Below are positions 1-22,150 of a stretch of DNA of 64,000 nt, in pieces. A model generated the notes under the pieces. The model was given only the letters and a program-made list of their open reading frames with translations. It had not been told where the DNA came from and made no database searches. The DNA lies in NCBI RefSeq assembly GCF_009914755.1, contig NC_060940.1; one strand, written 5' to 3'. Origin of the DNA: the human T2T-CHM13v2.0 reference genome, Homo sapiens. Each line of letters opens with the position of its first letter. Positions within the stretch are counted from its first letter, which is position 1. A program made the position numbers and the translations under genes.

Positions 1-2372
<2,372 letters not shown>

Positions 2373-2917
2373 ACACTTGTTAGCAGGAGTCAGGCCTATC
2401 CTGCAGTGTAGCTCTGGAAATAGCCCCCTGCCCTTTCTCGCCTGTTTCCTCTTTTGTAAACCAGGGGCTTCCACTGACAGTGCTCATGACTCTTGTTGTG
2501 CACTGTGCTTCTTAAAAGCTCCATCTGGGCCTGATGTTTAGCTAAATTTAGGGCCAATCTGTCCCCATCGTGGGCTTGGTGGAGCTTTGAAGAAGGCTGT
2601 GGGTGGACTCACAAAGAGATGGCTCCAGGCCCGCAGGTTCCCCTCCTCCGGCTTTGCTAAAGGTCTCCCTTCCTCTCCTATGGTGAGGCTCCAGGAGTGG
2701 CTCAGGCCCTCCACTGAACACCGACCATCCTCCAGGCTGCACTCGGAGGACCTGTGCACAAGGCCTGTTCCCAGGGCTGGCCTCTGCCCAGTGGTCCCAA
2801 GCCCAGTCTGCCCTGGATCTCAGCAAAGGGATGAGTTACATTTAGCAAAGAACAGTGCTAGGTGCCTTTCATGGTTAGCTCGAGAACCCCCATTTTATGA
2901 ATGGAGAAACTGAGGCA

Positions 2918-4420
<1,503 letters not shown>

Positions 4421-4695
4421 ACTGGGCATGGTGACTCTCCCCTGTAATCCCAGCACTTCGGGAGGCCGAAGTAGGCAAATCGCTTGAGCCCAGGAGTTTC
4501 AGACCAGCCTGGGTAACATGGTAAAACCTCGTCTCTGCAAAAAATATAAAAATACAAAAAATTAGTCCCAGCTAATCAGGAGGCTTCAGGTGAGAGGATC
4601 ACTTGAGCCCAGGAAGTTGAGGCTGCAGTGAGCCATGATTGCACCACTGCACTCCAGCCTGGGTGCAGCAAGACCCTGCCTCAGAAAAAGAAAGA
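4421..4695 (+). mobile_element. AluJ-like with an internal deletion
   Basis: Alu sequence with TTGAGCCCAGGAG diagnostic. Confidence 0.85.
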
Positions 4696-4743
4696 ACTAT
4701 GTAATGCCACATTTGGATGCCGACCCAAGACACAATGCCAAAG

Positions 4744-5266
4744 CAGGGGTTCACAACCAGGGCGATTTTCCCAACAAGAGATGTTAGGCAACATCTGGAA
4801 GCAATGTTTACAACTAGGGATGGGGCCAGGCGCAGTGGCTCATGCCCGTAATCCCAACAGTTTGGGAAGCCGAGGGGAGCGGATCACCAAAGGTCAGCAG
4901 TTTGAGACCAGCCTGACCAACATGGAGAAAACCTGTCTCTACTAAAAATACAAAAATTAGCTGGGTATGGTGGCATGTGCCCGTAATCCCAACTACTCAG
5001 GAGGCTGAGGCAGGAGAATCGCTTGAACCCAGGAGGCAGAGGTTGCAGTGAGCCAAGACTGTACCACTGAACTGCACTGCACTCCAGCCTGGGTGACAAA
5101 GTGAGACTCTGTCAAAGAAAAAAAAACAACCTAGGGATGGGGTGCTACTAGCATCTAGTGTATAAAATCCAGGAAGGCTGCTAACACACTGGACAGCCGC
5201 CTATGACCCAGAATCATCCAGCCCAAATGTCAACAGTGACAAAGTAAAGAAACAAAGAAACCCTGG
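4744..5266. mobile_element. MER20 (hAT-Charlie) DNA transposon split by an Alu (+, 4824-5128)
   Basis: MER20-like CAGGGGTTCACAACCAGGGCGATTTT ... GTGCTACTAGCATCTAGTG ... CCAGCCCAAATGTCAACAGTG ... GAAACCCTG. CTAGGGATGGG is duplicated around the Alu. Confidence 0.7.
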
Positions 5267-5523
5267 ATTAGCATTTTCTCTGACATCAAAGTTAAATCCA
5301 GTGGACTTTTGTTTTTAAGTCTTTATCTATCTTGGCCTCCGAAGGAGTGTTCAGGATCATTGACTCTTCCTCCTTCATGCAAAGCTGAATCCTGTGACTT
5401 CTGCGATGATTCTGGCTTCCCTTCCTCCATCCCCTTTACAGGCTCATCCTCCTACATGGCAATTAGATATCAGGGTTCCTGGAGGCGAGTCCTAGGCCCT
5501 CTTTTTGTCTCACCCCACACTGA

Positions 5524-9660
<4,137 letters not shown>

Positions 9661-9670
<10 letters not shown>

Positions 9671-9818
9671 ATAAATAAATAATTTATATTTATAAATTAA
9701 TAAATAAATAATTTATATTTATAAATGAATAAATAATTTATATTTATAAATAAATAATAAATAATTTATATTTATAAATAAATAAATAATAAAATTATTT
9801 ACAAATAAATAAATAAAT
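9661..9818 (+). repeat. AT-rich minisatellite grown from an Alu tail (core AATAAATAATTTATATTTATA x4)
   Basis: Direct reading of four ~25-29 bp units. Confidence 0.85.
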
Positions 9819-10255
9819 TGAAGGAGAGCTGACAACTGCCTAAGAGGGCTGTTCTCACATATCCCACCTTGCTGAGGTCTGCACACAGCTTGCCCACGCT
9901 GCCAACCTTCTCTGTGAGCCAAGTGTGCTCACCCTAAGATGGCACTCCCAGCCCCCACTCTCTCCTGGTTCCTCCTCCCCACCACACAACTGTCCGGAAG
10001 AAGGATCCAGACCAGGGGGCAGAGTCCCCTGTGGCTAGGGACTGACCCCGCTGGGCTGGGCATCTGAGGCCACCAGGGAGCCACCATAGTTCTTTGGGCA
10101 GCTCCATCTCAACACAGGACCATGTGGCAGGGGCAGCTCTCTTGCTGGCATTTGATGGAACAGCTGCAGCATGCAGGGGAGGGATTCTTCTTATTGTGTA
10201 TGGATCCCCAAGGACAGACTAAGGGCCAGGAGGTGGAAGGTACAGGGAGGGAGCC

Positions 10256-10803
10256 TGTGATGGTTAATATTGAGTGTCAACTTCATTGGATTGAAGGATG
10301 CAAAGTATTGATCCTGGGTGTGTCTGTGAGGGTGTTGCCAAAGGAGATTAACATTTGAGTCAGTGGACTGAGAGAGGCAGACCCACCCTCCATCTGGGTG
10401 GGCACCATCTAATCAGCTGCAAGTGTGGCTAGAATAAAAGCAGGCAGCAGAATGTGGAAGCACTAGGCTGGCTGAGTCTTCTGGCCTCCATCTTTCTCCC
10501 GTGCTGGATGCTTCCTGCGCTCAACCATCAGACTCCAAGTTTTTCAGCTTTTGGACTCTTGGACTTACACCAGTAGTTTGCCAGGGGCTCTCGGGCCTTC
10601 AGCCACAGACTAAAGGCTGCACTGTCAGCTTCTCTAATTTTGAGGTTTTGGGACTTGGACTGGCTTCCCGGCTCATCAGCTTGCAGACGGCCTATTATGG
10701 GACTTCATTTGTTATCGTGTGAGTCAATTCTCCTAATAAACTCCCCTTCAAATATTCATCTATCCTATCAGTTCTGTCCCTTTAGAGAACTCTGACTAAT
10801 AGA
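10256..10803 (+). mobile_element. Complete solo ERVL LTR, MLT2A family (length suggests MLT2A2)
   Basis: Starts TGTGATGGTTAATATTGAGTGTCAAC and ends CTGACTAATAGA. AATAAA at 10735-10740. 5-bp TSD GAGCC at 10251-10255 and 10804-10808. Confidence 0.9.
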
Positions 10804-10839
10804 GAGCCCTTTTAATTGCCTGCAGCTCTATGGGAGGTA

Positions 10840-12670
<1,831 letters not shown>

Positions 12671-12879
12671 CATTGGGATTTGAATTCATGCACACGAGTT
12701 ACTTTTTTTCAGCAACATAAATCCTCCACATAGTTTAAAACTCAAAGCTACAGGCGGTATCTCAAAAATTAGCAGCCCCTTATCCTGCTGCTCTGCACTC
12801 CAACTCTTCTCTTTCTAAATTAGGCAATGCATTCAACACTTTTAGCTGATCCTGCTGTTTGCTGTTGTCTTTGGAAGTC

Positions 12880-13045
12880 AAGGTCATTCAAACTCCAAGC
12901 AACATGAAATTCACCCAGGGATCTTGTTAAAATACAGGTTCTGATTCAGCAGGTCTGGGGCAGGTTCCAAGATTGTGCATTTCTAATAAGCTCCCAGGTG
13001 ATGCTGATGCTACTGGTCCATGGATTATTCTCTGAATGGCAAGAT
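12880..13045. mobile_element. MER5A-like hAT DNA transposon
   Basis: CTTGTTAAAATACAGGTTCTGATTCAGCAGGTCTGGGG..TGCATTTCTAATAAGCTCCCAGGTGATGCTGATGCT. Confidence 0.8.
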
Positions 13046-13183
13046 TCTAAAGAATCTGTGAACACAGCTATTTCTTCATTTTTCTGGTTTTGATCTTACT
13101 TCCTACTATAGAAAATGAAAATGTAGTTCTCTAATATCCTATCCCTCCTCTTCCACACACATGCATACTGTCTTCATCCTCCC

Positions 13184-13264
13184 AATATGGTTATATAACC
13201 TTTTTGGTTAAATATGGTTACATAACCTTTTTGGTTAAATATGGTTATATAACCTTTTTGGTTA
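13184..13264 (+). repeat. Tandem repeat, 27 bp x3 (AATATGGTTATATAACCTTTTTGGTTA)
   Basis: Three copies with one mismatch; core is the palindrome GGTTATATAACC. Confidence 0.95.
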
Positions 13265-13654
13265 AAATAAGTTTTGGTATTTATATTATTATACCTTTGT
13301 AGATAATATTAACAGCTCAGCCACATAGTATACCATGATGGCATTTCCATTTTTGTGCAACCTTTTGTTTTCCCTGGAGTTAATCATTGCTTAATATTTT
13401 CATTTCAGCTTTATCAGTGCATTCACAAACCCTCCTGACAAAACTGAAAGGCTCTTCTTAGTATATTCAAACACATTGCATAATCTAGGTCTTGGAGCCC
13501 CTGTCCCCCGATTCAATATAGGTTGGTTGCTCCACGTATTTCCTCTGACAGAGCGAGACTCCAAAAAAAAAAAAAAAGCACAAGAAATGGGTTACCAAAC
13601 AGAGTTTGAGGCAGAGAGGAGGATTTGGAACCTCTGCTATGAATTAGATCATGA

Positions 13655-14065
13655 CTGCTAATTGTATCCTATTCTCCCTTCCTCTTTTCAATAGTAATCC
13701 ACCTTTGCACCTTTAGCAATGCATATGGCCATGCAGCTAGAGACTGAATTTCCCAGTCTCCCAGTCTCCCTTGCAGTGAGGAACCAACTATTCACTAACA
13801 GAAAATGAGTAGGAGTAAGGAGTGTCATTTAGGCATCACTCCATCTTTCTTCCTTCCTGAGGACCAAAATGTGAGCGTGATGCTTATAAGCCATTTTCGA
13901 CTGAGAAGACTACCAACCCCTGGACTGCTACCTGAGAAACAAAATTCTACCTTGTGATAAAGAAAACTTGGCCCAAACCTGGCTCAGGATATAACTTTTT
14001 TCCATGTGATGCAATTCACAACCTCCTTCTGGGAAGATATTGGCATCCTTGACAAAATGAAGAAG
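13655..14065 (+). mobile_element. Ancient ERVL/MaLR LTR fragment
   Basis: ATTTCCCAGTCTCCCTTGCAG-type motif typical of old LTR33/LTR16/MLT1 families; subfamily not resolved. Confidence 0.45.
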
Positions 14066-14070
14066 CAACC

Positions 14071-15665
<1,595 letters not shown>

Positions 15666-16204
15666 ACCGGCCAAGTAAGTCTACGTTTAAGGTTCTTAAT
15701 GTGGGGCCCAGGCCAGATTCCTTCAACTCCTCAAGACAGGTCTGTAAGCCAGGCCTGCACCCAGGAGGATGACCAGGGCTGACCCTGATTGGTGAGAGGA
15801 AAACTCCCCCACATCCCAAAGCAACAGAGCCAAGGGCTACAGGCCTGGCTCTGGCGCCAGAAATTTGTGACATGGCCCCTGCTGTCCCAATGGTATGGCC
15901 CATAGGTCTGGCTCAGGGGCCAGGAGGGCCTTGGGGGAGGCAGAGGGAACCACCATCCCTCTAGGAGGGGTGGCAAATGGCCGAGATTGAAGGGGTCAGA
16001 CCCTCCAAGATGTTCAGGGCAGAGTTTGGAGCTGCATGGTGACTCTAATCCTCCTTCCCTAGGCTGTCATCAGAAGAGGGTCAGGGGTGGGAGAGGGAAA
16101 GGTGGAGTCTTAGGCTCTTGTGAACTGTGTCTGAGCCTCTACCCGCTACCTCCAGCCGAAGAGCCAGGCCCAGCCACCCAAACAGGAGACAGACAGAGCT
16201 TCAC

Positions 16205-16345
16205 AGCCACTAAGAATTAAGACCTATTGATTTTCCCCATTAGCTAGAGAACGCCATCAAAGTGCATTAAAACCAGGCAAAGCGGCAGCATCGTGAATAA
16301 TTAACATCTGCAAATGACAACCCCATGGGGCTGGGGGGAGGCGGG
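16205..16345. promoter_or_regulatory. Candidate developmental enhancer (homeodomain, TCF/LEF and E-box motifs)
   Basis: Unique sequence with CATCAAAG 16255-16262, TAATTAA 16298-16304, CATCTG 16305-16310 and several more ATTA cores. Confidence 0.45.
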
Positions 16346-16766
16346 AAGGGGCTTCTAGAGGCCTGGGGCACCCTGACCCCTTCTGACCCCCACCCCAGGG
16401 AGCTATAGTCTAGGCTGCCCTCCCCTCCCTGTCTCTTGTCCCCTCTCATTCCCTGTCCTCTCCTTAAAGAAACACCAAGTCCACGGCGCAGCCAGCGACC
16501 TAAGCCGATGCAGGGAGGATAGAGCACGGAGGCAAGAGTCGAGTGGCAGCTCTGCTGTGTGTCACTGTGTAACCTCAGCAAAGTTGCTGCCCCTTTCTGG
16601 GCTCATTCTCCGCCTCTGCACAGTGCAGCGATTGGCCCAGCTGTCCTCTTGCTCAGTCTGTGGTTCTAGGGAGGAACAGTGACTCCCAAAGTCACATAGC
16701 AGGTCCGTAGCAGAGCCTGGGCCACTGCGGCCTCCCCCGCAGCCCAGTCTATGGGACCCCTTTGTG

Positions 16767-17297
<531 letters not shown>

Positions 17298-17699
17298 ATG
17301 CTGTCACAGTTGAAAAGTGCAAGTCTTGGCAGAGCAGAGGTAGGGCTGGATACCACCCCCCAACCATCCTCCCCTCCCCTCCCCTCTCCCCTCTCCCTGA
17401 CCCCTGACGGGCTGCTATCTGCCAGGGTGTCCTTGTGCATTGTGCACAGCCTAAACAACTGTACATGGCTGCTCTGTTCCAAGCCTCCACCTTCTCTGGG
17501 CCAAGGAGGCCCAGACCTATTCTTCCAGCCAGTGGAACTCAGTTCCACATATATCGATGGTCCCTTCCAAGCCTCTCTGCTTCCCCACCTCCAAACTCCT
17601 CAGCCCCTTAGCTGACCCGAGTTCCCACTTCCATCTTCCTCCCACCCACCCTTCCTCCTCAAAGCCCTGGATGGGCAGCTCTGGAACCAATCCCTCATG

Positions 17700-18555
17700 C
17701 ATATCCTACTGCATCACCTCTGCTTCTTGCTGCCTTGCAGTGCACCGTCCCTGCCTTCCATGCCTCTGAGCCTTCGCATACTCTATTCTCTCTGCTGGCG
17801 ATACCTCCTCTCTTGAGCCCCCTGGAAAACTCTACTCACTCTTCAAGGCCCAGCTTAAAGATCTCTGCCTCTCACTCTCCTCCTCAAATGCCAGCCAGTT
17901 CTTGCCTCTGGGGTTTTGCACCTCTTCCTAGAATGTTCTGCCTCCAGATCTGGCTGGTTCCTCCTCCTTCCTCCTCCTCCTCCTCCTACTGCAGGTTTCA
18001 GCTCCAGTGTTCCCTTCTTGGGAGGTGTTCCCTGAACACCCCATCTAACTACCTCCCCATCAGCCTGTCACATGTCCCTGTTTTATTTTTTTCATAGCAC
18101 TTTGGACAATCTGAATTTATTTTTCCTTGGTTTACGGGTGTTTCCAGAGCCATTGTGAATGGTGGTGCATGTTGTCAATTGCAGAGGAGGTGAGTGGGGC
18201 CGAAACCCAGCCTGGGCCCACACTACAAGCTGGTGCTGGGGCTGTACCTGCTTGGCGGGAGGCACCTTTTCCTAACTCACATGATGGCACTATGCAGGCA
18301 AGCTGCAGCTCCACTGGTGTCACCTCCTGCAGTGACACCCAAACCCACCAAAGAGGAACGGCACCTGCCCACTTCACTGCTGTGTGTCCATGTCCAGCAT
18401 GGTGCCTGGCACCAAGCAGGTGCTCAATAAACATTTCCAAGCCTGGTGCAGTAGCTATAATCCCAGCTACTTGGGAGGCTGACATGGGAAGATCGCTTGA
18501 GCCCAGGAGTTTGAGACCAGCCTGGGCAGCATAGCAAAACCCTGTCTCAAATAAG

Positions 18556-18586
<31 letters not shown>

Positions 18587-18590
18587 ATAG
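17700..18590 (+). mobile_element. L2 fragments plus a short Alu monomer with a (TAAA)n tail
   Basis: L2 3'-end phrases (GTGCCTGGCACCAAGCAGGTGCTCAATAAACATTT); Alu 18440-18590. Confidence 0.65.
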
Positions 18591-19079
18591 ATTCAGGCAA
18601 ACAAATTCTGTTATGATTCCCCCACTCCCACCCTCTTCCCATACTCCTCAATAAAATACGCTAGGCACTGTGGCTGCTTCGTCACTGGGTCTCACTGAAG
18701 CCAGCCCCAGACCTGGGCCCAGGGTTGGCAAAGGTGACTGTTAAGGGAACATAGGAGGACCCAGGAAGTTGAGGGGTGATTGTGTGAGTTTGGGAGCCCT
18801 GGGGATGCTCCCTGAAGCCCTGAGCCCCTTCTATCCCAGAGGAGCTGCCCTGAGCTCCCAGTGCCCCTTCCCAGGGCCCCCCAACTTCCTGGGGGTACAT
18901 GTGGAGGGGTCAGGTGGCCCACACACTCCCAAGCCCCGGGAGCCCAGTGCAGCACAGAGACTCATGGGCAGGAGGTGGCACTGAGGGTCCTGCTGCAGCA
19001 GCCAGGCTCAGAGCGGGGGCAGGATCAAGGCACCACCCTTCCCTCTGCTCCCCGAGGCCACTTCGCCACGCTGCCTGGC

Positions 19080-19200
19080 CGCACCCGCCCGCCCTGCCAG
19101 CCTCCCCAGCTCTGGCAGAGAAGGAGTTAACCTCCAGGCTTCTCAGCGTGAATGTGGAGCTATTAATACCCACAGCCCAGCCAGTCTGCCAGAGAAGCCA
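19080..19200 (+). promoter_or_regulatory. Candidate distal core promoter: GC boxes plus a MEF2/TATA-like element
   Basis: CCCGCCCGCCC at ~19084-19094; CTATTAATAC at 19160-19169 (9/10 match to MEF2 YTAWWWWTAR and TATA-like). Followed by CpG-enriched unique sequence that ends at a splice donor. Confidence 0.55.
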
Positions 19201-19917
19201 CTGGAGCTGGGGAGAGCAGGGAGCCGGGAGAGCCGCCAGTCGCAGCCGAGCCGGGACCGGGACTCCAGGGGTCAGAACTTTTCTCGAGGACAGCGTGGGC
19301 ACCGTGCCAGCCTCACCTGGCCCTTGCCCGTCTTTCAGCTGCAGGTCCCAACCCTCTCTCCTGGAGGCCACCCATGCCACTCACCCCAGCCGAGGAGAAC
19401 AAACTTTCTTAGGGAAGGCACCTCTGCGGCCGTGCTGGCTGGACCAGGAGGAGCAGACGGCTGGACAGACAGGGGGACTGGGGCACGGGACACCTGCAAG
19501 CCTGCCCTCCTAGTCCTGCCTCTGACAGACAGCCACAGAGTGGGCAGCCGGAGGGCCTAGGGCTCCACAGGGGCAGTTGGGGGGGCACTCCCAGACCTCC
19601 GTCTGCCCACCAGCCACCTCGGAATCCAGGTGGCTGGACACCGCTTCGCACGGCCCAGCCCCGTGGCTGGAACCCCCACGGGTCAAGACAGGAGCCCCCG
19701 CCAGACAGAGCCCCCGGCTCCTCCACCCACCGAGGCGACGGGCAACCTGAGTGAGAAGGCACAGGTGGCGGGCGGGCAAGTGCAGAGCCCTGAAGCCGAC
19801 GGGCTGCTGACCCTGGAGCGCCCTGGCTCGGGGACTCCTGCCCAGGCTGGCGATGATGCTGCGGAGGCCACCCCTGGCCACCCCTGCCCTGTCCTGGAGC
19901 TGCCTCCGGCCTGGCCC

Positions 19918-20012
19918 ATGGGCTGCGGAGTCGATGATGTGCCGGCCTTCTGCTTCGTCTGCTTCCACAGGGAGGAGGAAGAGGAGCTGCTGGAAGAAGT
20001 CCCATTGCGGAG
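19918..20012 (+). CDS. SBK1: Candidate alternative first coding exon (N-terminal extension MGCGVDDVPAFCFVCFHREEEEELLEEVPLR), probably of SBK1; the frame is open back to 19561
   Basis: Frame is stop-free 19561-20208 with GC3-rich, coding-like codons. First in-frame ATG at 19918. Donor GAG|GTCAGT after 20012 (phase 2). The link to SBK1 is inferred from position and strand and from my recollection of an annotated upstream exon. Confidence 0.6.
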
Positions 20013-20139
20013 GTCAGTGCTCGTGGGTGGCCAGTGGGTGGGCAGCAGGTGGGCACAGCGCTCGACCCAGGGTGCCTGTGGGCCTGGCAGTCTTGCTTCA
20101 AGTCAATCTCTCTCTGTCCACTGCTTACCACCCACTGCC

Positions 20140-20594
20140 ACTTCCTGCTTCAGATCTCAGATCTCTCACCTGGTTGTTGCCACAGCCTCCTTCCTATCTC
20201 CCCCACCCTAGCCCCAGAGTGGCTTTCACGTCCTCTCCCACAGTGAGCATGTCCCTCCCCTGCTCAGAGCCCTCCATGGCTCCCAGCTCCCGTGGGATAA
20301 AGTTAACACTCGGCTGAGCATTCAAGGCCTGCGTGATTGGGGCCGACACTCCCCACCTCATCTCACTCTGTTCCCCTATATTAACCTCCAGTGAAACTCT
20401 GCCCAGACTTCTCTTCCCCCATTCTCCTCCATCCAGGCCCAGCTGCAACGCTTCCTCCTTCAGGAAGCCCTCCTGGATGTCCCTGTCCCACCCTAACCTG
20501 AGAGCCACCTTTCCATCCTGCACTGCAGTGGCACCTAACAGATGTTCCATCTTTGTTGAATTCATACACGAAAATGCATGCATGTGTATTTGCT

Positions 20595-20625
<31 letters not shown>

Positions 20626-20640
20626 GAGAGAGGGAGAGAG
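20140..20640 (+). mobile_element. L2 fragment followed by (TG)n at 20596-20621
   Basis: L2-like CTCCCCTGCTCAGAGCCCTCCATGGCTCCC and CTCCTTCAGGAAGCCCTCC. Confidence 0.6.
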
Positions 20641-21825
20641 ACAGAATGGTTTGTGTGGCTGCGTGACTGGGTATTGGGGGTGACCGTGTGTGACTGTGAG
20701 CCTGTGTACATGTTTGTGGGAGCAGGTATGAGTGCTGCATACCTATGTGGAGGGAAGGGCTGTGCCTGGGGCCCAGTGGGAGTTCAAGCCCTAGAGATCA
20801 TTGTTCCTTTAGCCAGCTCTCCCCACCCCCACCTGCAGGGAAACCCAGGCTCCAGCCAAGTGCATTATCCAAGCTGTGACCACAGGCTCTGGGAGTGATC
20901 TGCAAGGGAGACAGGGGTCACCTCTGCTCCAGCCCAGCCTGCCTGTGCCTCCATCACTGTCTGAGTCAGCACTACCCTGCCCTGGGTGGGGAGAAGGGTA
21001 GGCATGGGCCAAGCCAGTTTCCCCCTCCAGGATCCTTCCAGGACAAGTGGGCCAGGCGAGGGCTCCTGGAGCCTGGGCTGGGTTCCTCCCTGACTTTCTC
21101 TGTTGGACTCTGGGTGCACAGTTCCCGCTCCGTGGGCCTCTGTCTCCTCATCTGTAAAATGGGAGGATGTTCCCTGCTATGGTTGTCAGCTTAACATTCA
21201 ACACAGTGACTGGCCACCCACAGACTGCCAGGGCCTGGGCTGGGGACTGGAACCTGGCTCACAGGGTCACAGCCTGCTAGGAGAGACAAAAGAGAAGACA
21301 GGTCAGTTCTGCACAGGGTAGTGGGCATCTTGATGGGCGTGGGTGCACAGTGCCTAGGAAGTCAGGAGGCAAAACAGACCACCTCTGCCCACAGGAGCCA
21401 TCGGAGGCCCACCAGGTCTGTCTTAACGTGCAAGTGCCTTCCCAGGGGTGAGAGAGGCTGAGGAAAGGGCATCGCAGGCAGTGGGAACGGCAAGAGGGAA
21501 GGCTTGGTGCAAATAAGAAACAAAGTGTGGATGGTGAGGATGAGGCTGGCAGAACAGGGCCAGATTACAGAGGGCCTGGACGCTGAGCCGGGGACCTGAC
21601 CCATAGGCACTGGAGCAAGCAATGGGGAAGACTCGAGGCAAAACAGGGGCAAGTGAGGAGAGGCAAGGAAATAATAGGTGCAGAAGGGCTTCTTGCCCTA
21701 AGCAAGAACTCCTAAGCAATGGTCTCATGATAGAACCCCGTGTTCATAGTGAACACTCAAAATGCTTGTTGAATGAATACATGAATGAATGAATGAACGA
21801 ATATGACATTGAAAGACAGGGCATC

Positions 21826-21939
21826 AGGCGGGGTGTGGTGGTTCACACCTGTAACCCCAGACCTTTGGGAGGCCAAGGCGGGTAGATCGCTTGAGCTCAG
21901 GAGTTCGAGACCAGCCTAGGCAACACAGTGAGACTCCCG

Positions 21940-21983
<44 letters not shown>

Positions 21984-22150
21984 TAGCCAGGCATGGTGGC
22001 ATGCACCTGTAGTCCCAGCTATTCCAGGGGCTGAAGCAAGAGGATCCCTTGAGCCCAGAAGTTCGAGGCTGCACTGAGCTATGATCACGCCCCTGCACTC
22101 CAGCCTAGGCGACAGAGTGAGACCCTGTCTCAAAAAAGAGAAAGAGAGAG
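21826..22150 (+). mobile_element. AluJ with a (CA)n microsatellite replacing the middle A-rich linker
   Basis: Alu arms flank (CA)n at ~21943-21980. Confidence 0.9.

Noticed and set aside
19409-20131. 240-aa minus-strand ORF
   Set aside because: Antisense to the better-supported plus-strand exon; non-ATG start; GC-rich shadow
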